Positions 37,814-46,884 of a stretch of 55,268 nucleotides of DNA are shown here, piece after piece. The stretch is from the IMG/VR virus record IMGVR_UViG_3300025137_000047, positions 1 to 55,268 of that record, one strand, 5' to 3'. The notes beneath the pieces are model-generated. The model made no database searches. It saw only the letters and a program-made list of their open reading frames with translations, and was not told the DNA's origin. Each line of letters starts with the position of its first letter. Positions within the stretch are counted from its first letter, which is position 1. The position numbers were made by a program, and so were the translations under genes. Source of the stretch: a virus. Lineage: Duplodnaviria; Caudoviricetes.

Positions 37814-40800
37814 ATGGCAAATGGGGGAAAGGATATAAGACTGGGCGATGACAAACGTCCAGTCAGCGTTATACCTAATAACGAAGATTTTCTATACAAT
37901 ATAGCAAACGGAGAAATATTAAAAGACGAGTTTGGAAACCCTCTGGTTACAGAGGCTGATCAGTTTTTTGCTTTAGATACTACGGCAGAAAGATCTACAT
38001 CTATTGTATTTCCAAAAGAAACAGCAAGTGCATTTGGTAGATTAATTTTTAATTCTGTTGGAACATTTTCAACAGTTACATATAATACGAACTTTGATGT
38101 TCGTATCAATGCTGCAAGTGTATTACAGCATGGTGGATCTGCTGTTGGTTTTGGAACAACTGTTGCTCTCGCCACTGGTAGTTCTCTTAATGGTAATTTT
38201 GTAGATGTTGGTCTGGGTGTATCTGATATACAGTTTACACAATTTCCTTTCCTTGATGTTAAGACAAAGACCGATCAGGGTTCAGACGAAAGAAATAAAT
38301 TATATTTTCTTGATGATATTCTCAACAATAAAGTTGCAGTCAATGATAAAGTAGAGGGTGTTGGTATTCCAGATGGAACTTTTGTATCAAAAGTTTTTCC
38401 ATCTTATATGCAGTTGTCAAACAATGTTGACGCTAGTATTTTGTCTGGTATTACAACCAATACGATAGGGATTAGGAAAGCAACTCTTCAACTTCAAAAA
38501 TCAGATAATGTTTTTAGGATTGAGGAGCAATTCCAAGAAACTAGTGAAGTAAGTTCATCTCTGCTTGGTATTCCCCGTGCAGAAACTCAATTAAGTTTAT
38601 TCTCTAATGTATCATCATATGGTTTGAACAATGATGAGTTTGAATTCTTTACTTTCAATAGTGGAAATAGTTTTGCGAGTTGGGATACAAGATCAAATGC
38701 AATTTATGGTAACAGATATAATGCTAGCAGAAGTGAAGAAGTACAAGAATCTGCAATTAAATTAGAAGCATTTCCAGTACCATACTCATATCCATTCAAT
38801 GCTTCATTTGATGATATTGGATTTTATAATCCGACTTTATTTGGATTTTATTTGAAGTTTATTCAATTGGGAAACAGACTATACAATTACTATAATACTG
38901 GATCGGGAGCATCTCAAGGTTATCCTAGTGATTGGAAGAACAAATTTCTTGATCCAGCAAAAGTATATGTTTCAAATAGTGATGTTATATATGCAATAGG
39001 TATTAGTGATTCATTTGCAGCAATTGACACCTGGACTGATACTTGGAGAGATATCTCTGCCGGTGTTCTTGTAGATGCAGTAAGCCCAAGTGTTACATTT
39101 AACTTTGGTAAAATTAATGCATTGGGTCTAATAGGAGCACCATATACTTCTACTACTACTCGTCCTGGATACAGTGGTGGATCTAAAAAATATTCCTATC
39201 TCCAATCAAGAAGAGTATTCAGATATCAACCTGGTCGTATCAGTGGATTTACTTTTGGTTTAAGAGCGTCTGTCGAACCACAACCAGGTGCTGTGATGGA
39301 GTGGGGTATCAAGAACCCAACAGACCAATACATATTTAAAATTAACACAGGCAATCTTTCTATTATTCGTAGAAGCACGATACCTCTTCCTGAATCTGCA
39401 TTAAAAAGAAGTGGATTGACTAACTTAGATCAAAAATTTGAACCTACTGGTGATCCATATAATGGTAAGTCATATCACACTATTGAAGTTCCTTCTGATA
39501 AATTTAATCACGATCAATTGAATGGTAACGGACCATCAGGATATAATATTCAACCTGAACGTGTTACTATGTACAAGATTGAGTTCGGTTGGTATGGTGC
39601 TATTGGTGCTAGATTCTACGCTTATATTCCTGCTGGTGTTGGTGAAGCACGATGGGTAAAGATTCATACATTTGTGATTGAAAACTCAGTTGGTTCTCCT
39701 TGTTTAGAAGACTCATTCTTCAGATTAACTTATTCAATAGACATAACCAATACAGAACTTCTTAAAGAACCGGTATTCCTTTATAAGTATGGTGCTTCGT
39801 ACTATATTGATGGTGGTGATGAAGGAACTACTCGGATATTCTCTGCCAGTTCCAAAATAAAAGCAATTAATAGTATTTCATCCAGATCTTTACTTGGAAT
39901 CACACCAAAAAACTTCATACTGAATAGTGTTGGAATAGAAATTAAAAACAAAAAATTAATCATTCCAACCACTCTGAATATCACCAGTGATTCTTTAGCA
40001 AAAGTTGAGGTTGCAAAGTGTAGAGCATGTCCTGGATTTGCACATGTATATACTCCTGGTATCGCTGCAACTACTACTGGTCCAGAGGTTCAAGTTAGAT
40101 TGACAGGTCAAAATACTCTTACAGCAGTTAATGATACTTACTTCCAATCATCTGATCTAAATTCAAAGATTATTACTCCAAGTATTTGGAATGCATACAT
40201 TACTGAACTTGAAGATGATACTCCTGTGGGAAGTGGAAAATCATTTACAACTGCAACCATCAAAGGTTATTCAGGTTCCGATGGGTATCCAACGTTATCA
40301 ACTTTGAATTATGATGTTCTTGTGAAGGATAATGTTTTAGGAATTACAACTACTTTAGCATCTGGTCCTACAGTTCCAAACTATCCACATCCAGTTCGTT
40401 TGAGCAGTCAGGATAATCATTATGTTGCTAGTAATTTTAAGTTTACTGGAAATAAGATTGAATTTCAATACTTAAATCCCGATACTAAAGATTTATATTC
40501 ACATTATGCAGACTTTACACTTGGTATAACGAATTATGAACCCGTAATAAATGGCAATGAATTATCGGGATTCAATAAACCCGGAGTAGGAACAACAACT
40601 ATTCTAAAAACAAAGGGTGTAAATCCAGAAGTTGTCTTTATGGAGCACACTCACTCTCGGGTTTCTAGAGATGAAATTGGTGTTAGACAAGGTGAAGTCT
40701 TTGACGGTGGAATCTTTAGACCAATTAGAGGTGGTATTGATTCAAGAATTCCTAGACCATCGGGTAATGATAGTGGAACATGTTCTAGGGTAGTTGTTGA

Positions 40801-41590
40801 AGTTCTTGATTCAACTCCGATCAGTGCTTTGAATGAAGTTAACTTTTTACCACCAAATGGAACCAATCCTGATCCTCTAGGGAGAATTTACTTATTAAAA
40901 CCAGGATTATTCCCCACAGGTATTAATTTTGATGGTGGTCAAGTTAAGTTATCAGACTCTGCATCAGCATCATCAGCAAAATATATTGGAGAGGTTCAAT
41001 CATATAGTGATGCTGATGGAAGTATATTCAGTTTCGTTCAGATTAGTGAGACTCTCTCCAATCCATCCTCCGATTTCTCTGTTGAAATTAGGCCAATTAA
41101 AATTACAGCAACTGGTAATCCAATCAGACAGAAACTGTTTAACTTTGATCCATTCCCATTATATTTCTTTGCTAAATTGGGCGATAATGCTACAGTTAAT
41201 AACATTTCAATCAAAGAAACATCAGGTGGATTTCATAGAACAATCTCGCCTAAGTTCTTTGCATTCGGTGAAAACACTGCGATCACTAATGCTGGTGGAC
41301 AAGCAGACGTAACTGGAGCACCACCAACCAACTTTACTGAGGTCACTAGATTATCATCTGCTCTAATTGATGTTCAAAATGAGCAGAACTTGAGACCAAC
41401 TACAATTATAGATACATTATTCATTGGTGAAGATCAGACTCTTGAAGTTGATATGTCTAAAATCTTTGGACAAGATCGTAATGTAATTACACCAGACAAT
41501 AATAACATCGAATCAACATTTTTGGTTGCTAAGAAAATTTCTGCTGGTAGTGGAGAGATTGAAGCAACATTGAACTACAAAGAACAATAA
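37814..41590 (+). CDS. Large virion structural protein (paralog B)
   Basis: 1258 aa; SRRVFRYQPGR, MYKIEFGWYGAIGA, KYGASYYIDGGD. Confidence 0.75.
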   Translation: MANGGKDIRLGDDKRPVSVIPNNEDFLYNIANGEILKDEFGNPLVTEADQFFALDTTAERSTSIVFPKETASAFGRLIFNSVGTFSTVTYNTNFDVRINAASVLQHGGSAVGFGTTVALATGSSLNGNFVDVGLGVSDIQFTQFPFLDVKTKTDQGSDERNKLYFLDDILNNKVAVNDKVEGVGIPDGTFVSKVFPSYMQLSNNVDASILSGITTNTIGIRKATLQLQKSDNVFRIEEQFQETSEVSSSLLGIPRAETQLSLFSNVSSYGLNNDEFEFFTFNSGNSFASWDTRSNAIYGNRYNASRSEEVQESAIKLEAFPVPYSYPFNASFDDIGFYNPTLFGFYLKFIQLGNRLYNYYNTGSGASQGYPSDWKNKFLDPAKVYVSNSDVIYAIGISDSFAAIDTWTDTWRDISAGVLVDAVSPSVTFNFGKINALGLIGAPYTSTTTRPGYSGGSKKYSYLQSRRVFRYQPGRISGFTFGLRASVEPQPGAVMEWGIKNPTDQYIFKINTGNLSIIRRSTIPLPESALKRSGLTNLDQKFEPTGDPYNGKSYHTIEVPSDKFNHDQLNGNGPSGYNIQPERVTMYKIEFGWYGAIGARFYAYIPAGVGEARWVKIHTFVIENSVGSPCLEDSFFRLTYSIDITNTELLKEPVFLYKYGASYYIDGGDEGTTRIFSASSKIKAINSISSRSLLGITPKNFILNSVGIEIKNKKLIIPTTLNITSDSLAKVEVAKCRACPGFAHVYTPGIAATTTGPEVQVRLTGQNTLTAVNDTYFQSSDLNSKIITPSIWNAYITELEDDTPVGSGKSFTTATIKGYSGSDGYPTLSTLNYDVLVKDNVLGITTTLASGPTVPNYPHPVRLSSQDNHYVASNFKFTGNKIEFQYLNPDTKDLYSHYADFTLGITNYEPVINGNELSGFNKPGVGTTTILKTKGVNPEVVFMEHTHSRVSRDEIGVRQGEVFDGGIFRPIRGGIDSRIPRPSGNDSGTCSRVVVEVLDSTPISALNEVNFLPPNGTNPDPLGRIYLLKPGLFPTGINFDGGQVKLSDSASASSAKYIGEVQSYSDADGSIFSFVQISETLSNPSSDFSVEIRPIKITATGNPIRQKLFNFDPFPLYFFAKLGDNATVNNISIKETSGGFHRTISPKFFAFGENTAITNAGGQADVTGAPPTNFTEVTRLSSALIDVQNEQNLRPTTIIDTLFIGEDQTLEVDMSKIFGQDRNVITPDNNNIESTFLVAKKISAGSGEIEATLNYKEQ

Positions 41591-41615
41591 TAAATAAAAG
41601 AAAACTTAGGTTATA

Positions 41616-42119
41616 ATGGCAGACCGTAGACCCCTCATAATTAATGCTAGTGCAAATCAGATTCAGGAGTTCACTGACTCTGACAGTTTGGTGCTGTCTG
41701 GTCAATCATTGAAGTTTCTTTCGCCACTGATTGAAAGAGTAAAAATTTTACCTGATGTATTAAGTGCTTCCATATACACACATAATCTCATCACTGATGG
41801 AAATTTGCTTATGGTGACTGGAGCACCAAGTGCTCCTTTTGCAATCAATCTAACTGGTTCTACAGGCGTTGATATCGATGATGTAATGGATGTTGGAAAC
41901 TCACTAGCATTTTCAATGTTCATTAATGCAGGGGTACATTTCCTGTATACTTTTACAATTGATGGGAGTGCAAATTTATTGAACAATATATACTGGCAGG
42001 GTGGTGCGGATCCTCAAACCAGAGCAGGTACTGGATATGATAATTATTCTTTTACACTTATAAAGACTGGAACAAATGCATTTCAAATATTCGGTGCTCT
42101 AGCTAATCATGCTCAGTAA
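41616..42119 (+). CDS. Putative tail fibre-associated protein
   Basis: WQGGADP..GYDNYSFTLIKTGTNAF C-terminal fibre-type motif; ATAAATA at 41590. Confidence 0.65.
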   Translation: MADRRPLIINASANQIQEFTDSDSLVLSGQSLKFLSPLIERVKILPDVLSASIYTHNLITDGNLLMVTGAPSAPFAINLTGSTGVDIDDVMDVGNSLAFSMFINAGVHFLYTFTIDGSANLLNNIYWQGGADPQTRAGTGYDNYSFTLIKTGTNAFQIFGALANHAQ

Positions 42120-43017
42120 TTTTCACGTAAAGCAACAACCCACTGCGGGTTCTACTGGTCTTGGCGGTGGAGTTTCTTCACTTTCAAGTGGAACTATATG
42201 GCAACCTCGTGCAGATTCTAATGCTCAGTATTTGAAAGTTGCATACAGTGGTTTATCAGAGCACGGTTATAGAAATGTTGCATCTCTCATCAACAAAACT
42301 GGTACTTCAAGTCCAGTATTCATCCCCCGAGGAGCAAATAAACCAATTTTCAATCACACAGTCAAAAAGTGGTCACACTATGATAGTTCATTAGAGTTGG
42401 GTGTTAGAACTGGTGGTAACTCTGGTTGGTTTGCTTCTGAAGACCCAACTTCAGCATCAGTAAGAGACGTTCAAGCATTTGGAAGTGCTAACTATACACT
42501 TGAGACTTGGGTGTATATTCCAACGTTTGCAACATCTGTAAACCCAAGTTCTGATGACCCAACACTTGCTTTATTTTTCCATACCGATGATGTTGATAAA
42601 GGTTTTAAAGTACTAATCACTGGTACTAATTTTTCTAATAGTCCAGATTATGGACTTTACTTCACTGCACCCCCAGCAGGAACTTGCACTGCTCATACTT
42701 CATCAAATGTTTTTTCTGTAAATACCTGGCATCATATAGCTGTGGTCAGAAATGGGAATGGAGATAGTAATCTTAAATTATACATTGATGGAGTCAATAG
42801 GACTGCAGTTTATGCTGGAACACCGGGTGTGAATCAAACTTGGGATTATACTGGACCACTTTTCTGTACTGCACCACAAGATGCCAATTCAGGTATTGGA
42901 AATCTAAATGCATGGAATACAACAAAATTCCAAGACTATAGAATCTATCAAGGTGTTGCAAAATATACATCTAATTTTAGTAGCAGTCTGCCCGACTCAA
43001 TGTTTGTTAAGAACTAA
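42109..43017 (+). CDS. Concanavalin A/LamG-like lectin domain protein
   Basis: YTLETWVY, NTWHHIAVVR, LKLYIDG, QDYRIYQGVAKYTSNF. Confidence 0.85.
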   Translation: MLSNFHVKQQPTAGSTGLGGGVSSLSSGTIWQPRADSNAQYLKVAYSGLSEHGYRNVASLINKTGTSSPVFIPRGANKPIFNHTVKKWSHYDSSLELGVRTGGNSGWFASEDPTSASVRDVQAFGSANYTLETWVYIPTFATSVNPSSDDPTLALFFHTDDVDKGFKVLITGTNFSNSPDYGLYFTAPPAGTCTAHTSSNVFSVNTWHHIAVVRNGNGDSNLKLYIDGVNRTAVYAGTPGVNQTWDYTGPLFCTAPQDANSGIGNLNAWNTTKFQDYRIYQGVAKYTSNFSSSLPDSMFVKN

Positions 43018-43038
43018 ATAGCACTATAAGGATTAGAT

Positions 43039-45555
43039 ATGGCACTTAAGAATCCAAAATTATTTGGTCTCGATGTTAATAGGGTATTTGCTGACGTTAG
43101 AGATAAATTTATAGCTCTAAACAACATCAATTTACCTCCAAATGATCTTGAAATTATTTTTGGATCAGCAGCTGCTGGTGCTCAACTATCAGACTGGCGT
43201 AGTTTTTCAAGATTAACTGAACCTTTACATGAAACTTTAGATAGATTCAGTAGAGATAGTTCAGTTTTTAGTTCATTAGTATCAGCTAGAGCAGGAACAG
43301 AGAGTTCATTATTTGGTAATTTAAAGATTAATGGTGCTCTAAGTGGAAGTGCAATACGATATCGTTACATGGATGGAATCGGTAGCGGAGCATCAGTTAA
43401 GTTTGCAGATATATCAACGTCAAGAATTAGTGCTTGGAGTTCTTCTGATCCCAGAGCAACCAACCCAGACCCTATTATTCAGGGGAGGGCAAAGATTTCT
43501 TATGGTGCAAGAATTAAAATTGTAAGTGGTGGAGAATTAGAATTTGGAACACAAGAAACTGCATCACCTGCAGTAACTGGTCCAAGATTACAGACATCTA
43601 TTGTCCCACAAATAAAAGAGTTTGAATCAGAGTTTCCTACACATGAAATTCAGGCAACTCTTAATAATACCACCATCAATTTCTATGCTATGAAGGGTAT
43701 CCCTGTTGTATTCAAGGGATTCTTTAGAAGTTTAGATGCAACTATTGAATTGACGCAGTTGATTAATAACACCGCTGCAAGTTGGAAGATTGTCGAGACA
43801 GGAAATGTAAATGCATATTCAAATTATGCAAATATAGGTGCTATTTCATCATCAATATCTTATAGATCTTCTGTCTCTAGAGAAAGATTTATACAATTCT
43901 ATTATAACCCAGACAATATTAAGAAAATAATATTATCTTCAGCAAACATCAGTGAGTTACCATCAGTCAAGTTTGCTAATGCGGATTACATAGATTTCTC
44001 CTATAATAATTTAAGAAATTTTCCAGACTTAAATTTTGTTGCACCAAATGTTTCAACATTACTATTGAGAAGAAACCCATTCTATTTGAGCGAGACTGAA
44101 AGTGAAAGAAGGTTACAGAACACTTCCTATAATGGGACTAGTCAGACAACTGGAACTGTTTTAGATAAAATTCCAACTACACTTACTCAGATTTACCTTG
44201 AGGGAACATTCAGTGGTTCAATCACACAAAATATATTTGCGAATAGATTCCCACAGTTAATTGTATTTGATATTGGTAGAGGTGGTGGAGTGGCGTTCCA
44301 TCCTGACTCTGTAGGCAGTAGTGTACTTCCTAATGTCCCTAACAGCGTTGAGTCTTATAATACTCAATCAAATGATTTTAGATCAATTGATACATCTGCA
44401 TCAGGAACTGGTAATACATTTAACGTCACTCAATTAACAAATCTAACCACTCTCAATCTTAGTGGTAACTATTACTTATCTGGTGCTTTTGCTATTGCAA
44501 TAAACAATGTTGTAATTAAGTCAATTAATATAAGTGGTACGGGACTGTCATTCCCAACTGGAGTTCAAGGAAAATCTTCACTAGAAACATTCAATGGATC
44601 ATATGGTAGAGGTCTTGGACCACTGGTTGACTTGCCGAACAATAAAACTTATGTGTTTGATAATTGTGTTAATCTGACAACCTTAAATCTGTATGCTGCT
44701 AGTGGTATAGTTGGAAGTAGATTTCCAGTATTCACAAACCCTAGTCTAACTTCTCTAGATCTGAGATACACTAACATCAAAGGTGGAGCACCAAATGGTG
44801 ATGAAACTTATGTAATTCCAAGAAATACTTTCCAGTATGCAACCAAACTGAGTACTCTTTCTATCGATTCCGGCAGTCTATTAACTGCTCCTATTGATTT
44901 CAATGCTCTCTCAGATTTAGTAAATCTTTCTTCTTTCTGGTATCGTTCTTATGGTAGAACTACTGGTGGTATTCCAAATTTCCAAAGTAACCCAAACTTA
45001 ACAAGCATTTATATACCAAATAATGCATTTGAAGGATCACCACCAAATCTAACTGCTAGTCCAAAAATTAGTTCTGCAAATTTTAGTAACAATAATCTTA
45101 ATGGTATAATACCAACTTATCAAAATTTACCAAGTCTAACACAGTTGCAGTTTCAAAGTAATCAATTAATAGATATTGGAGAATTTAATAATCTGCCGCA
45201 ATTAACTGATCTTTATATACAAGACAATTTAATCGGTCAAATAGGAAATGCAAAAATACCAGACTTATCTGATTGTCCAAAGTTACGATATTTTACAGCA
45301 TACAATAACCAATTTAAATACTATACACTCGGATCATTTACAAATTTATATTTAATCAGAGTTATTGATTTGTCTGATAATCCTCTGACTGAACAGTCAA
45401 TGGAGCAAATATTTGAAGATCTATATACAAATTGGCAGTCTGTAAACCGTGGAGGTGTTACCATCAATCTCCGTGGTTGTGGACCCCAAAGTGAACTTGC
45501 TTTAGAATTTGTTGTTATTTTAAGATCCAAAGGTTGGTCAATTAGCATAGATTAA
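43039..45555 (+). CDS. Leucine-rich repeat protein
   Basis: Many LxxLxLxxNxL repeats (LTTLNLSGNY, LTSLDLRYTNI, LTQLQFQSNQL, LTDLYIQDNLI, IDLSDNPL); CTAAATA at 43014. Confidence 0.88.
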   Translation: MALKNPKLFGLDVNRVFADVRDKFIALNNINLPPNDLEIIFGSAAAGAQLSDWRSFSRLTEPLHETLDRFSRDSSVFSSLVSARAGTESSLFGNLKINGALSGSAIRYRYMDGIGSGASVKFADISTSRISAWSSSDPRATNPDPIIQGRAKISYGARIKIVSGGELEFGTQETASPAVTGPRLQTSIVPQIKEFESEFPTHEIQATLNNTTINFYAMKGIPVVFKGFFRSLDATIELTQLINNTAASWKIVETGNVNAYSNYANIGAISSSISYRSSVSRERFIQFYYNPDNIKKIILSSANISELPSVKFANADYIDFSYNNLRNFPDLNFVAPNVSTLLLRRNPFYLSETESERRLQNTSYNGTSQTTGTVLDKIPTTLTQIYLEGTFSGSITQNIFANRFPQLIVFDIGRGGGVAFHPDSVGSSVLPNVPNSVESYNTQSNDFRSIDTSASGTGNTFNVTQLTNLTTLNLSGNYYLSGAFAIAINNVVIKSINISGTGLSFPTGVQGKSSLETFNGSYGRGLGPLVDLPNNKTYVFDNCVNLTTLNLYAASGIVGSRFPVFTNPSLTSLDLRYTNIKGGAPNGDETYVIPRNTFQYATKLSTLSIDSGSLLTAPIDFNALSDLVNLSSFWYRSYGRTTGGIPNFQSNPNLTSIYIPNNAFEGSPPNLTASPKISSANFSNNNLNGIIPTYQNLPSLTQLQFQSNQLIDIGEFNNLPQLTDLYIQDNLIGQIGNAKIPDLSDCPKLRYFTAYNNQFKYYTLGSFTNLYLIRVIDLSDNPLTEQSMEQIFEDLYTNWQSVNRGGVTINLRGCGPQSELALEFVVILRSKGWSISID

Positions 45556-45561
45556 AGTACA

Positions 45562-46809
45562 ATGGCAATAGCAAATCAAGGTTATAGACAAGATCTAAAT
45601 TTTTTAGAACATGCAAATGATACACTTGCTCTGAGTAATTTGGGTGGAGTTGGACTTGCCCAAGACTTAAGAATTATTCAGAATAATCTGAGGAATACTT
45701 CTCGTCTTCCATTTAATTCTTTCAATAAAACTACAGACGAGTTTATTTTTACCACTGATAAGGTTATTGGTGTATCTGCGATCAGTTCTATACCCGATAC
45801 TGGTTTATCAAATACCAGTTTAATTACAGTAGAACTAACAACTCCATATCATACTTACCCTGGAGGATTAGTCACAGTTGCTGGCGTTACTGGAACAGGT
45901 TCAACAATTTTCAATGGTAGTTATCCTTCTATTTTGATAGGGGCAGGGGGCACCAATGTTTCATATAGAAAACCCAACTGTGTATACACTGGTTCTGGAG
46001 ACAATGTTTCAAGTTCTACGGTAACATATGCATCAAATACAGACAATGTATACACAAATGATGATGTTGTTACTGTAAGTCAATCTGTAGATGTAGGTTC
46101 AACAACATTAACTGTTGGAACTAAGTACTTTGTTTGTGATTCTGATGGTTTGAGTAAATTTAAATTATCTTCTACTCCTAGTGTTAGTGGTATAAGTACA
46201 GTTAATATTGATGTTGATCCTATTGAGTCTCTTGATCTTGCATCAAGTCATTTTAACTTCATCAAAGATGAACCAGTAACGAGACTAAATTTAGAGAACT
46301 TTATAAGACCAGAGATCCAAGATAAATCCACTTTTGGTTCATATTTAAATACTTCAATCAATGGTGTATTTGATTCCACACAAACCAAAATAGAAAATTC
46401 AAATTATTTTATCACTAAGAAGTACAAGGGAGCAAATAGCACAACTGTAGATACAGAAATCAAGTTTGAAGGGACCGTAAATTTATTTGACCCTGGTAAT
46501 TTTAACAGTAATAATAATAATGTTAATTCTACGACTGCGATTTCTCCAGGTATTTTCATCGGTGGAACTCGTGCATTCTCTGCTGATAATAATCCTTGGA
46601 CTGTTGCTGGAGATTTCCTTGAAACCAATGCTGATGAAGTTACAATAGGAGAACTTTTATTCGGTGATGAAATTAAGATTGATGGAATAACTGTTAATGC
46701 AACATCATTTAGTGATATAGATAATGATGTTACGGCAGAAACATTTACCCATAAGGTTCCAATCGTAGTCAATGGCGAGACATACTATTTGTTAATGACT
46801 CCAAACTAA
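45562..46809 (+). CDS. Putative virion structural protein
   Basis: Thr/Ser-rich beta protein; C-terminal FTHKVPIVVNGETYYLLM. Confidence 0.7.
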   Translation: MAIANQGYRQDLNFLEHANDTLALSNLGGVGLAQDLRIIQNNLRNTSRLPFNSFNKTTDEFIFTTDKVIGVSAISSIPDTGLSNTSLITVELTTPYHTYPGGLVTVAGVTGTGSTIFNGSYPSILIGAGGTNVSYRKPNCVYTGSGDNVSSSTVTYASNTDNVYTNDDVVTVSQSVDVGSTTLTVGTKYFVCDSDGLSKFKLSSTPSVSGISTVNIDVDPIESLDLASSHFNFIKDEPVTRLNLENFIRPEIQDKSTFGSYLNTSINGVFDSTQTKIENSNYFITKKYKGANSTTVDTEIKFEGTVNLFDPGNFNSNNNNVNSTTAISPGIFIGGTRAFSADNNPWTVAGDFLETNADEVTIGELLFGDEIKIDGITVNATSFSDIDNDVTAETFTHKVPIVVNGETYYLLMTPN

Positions 46810-46819
46810 AATCAACTTT

Positions 46820-46884
46820 TAATTCCAAAAAAGGTCGGAAAAAATCTCTGGGTAAAAATCAACTCAGAACCTTTTTTGGAATTA
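46820..46884. repeat. Structured intergenic element, copy 2 (possible bidirectional terminator)
   Basis: 16-bp inverted repeat TAATTCCAAAAAAGGT/ACCTTTTTTGGAATTA with inner stem TCTGGGT/ACTCAGA, between convergent genes. Confidence 0.75.
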
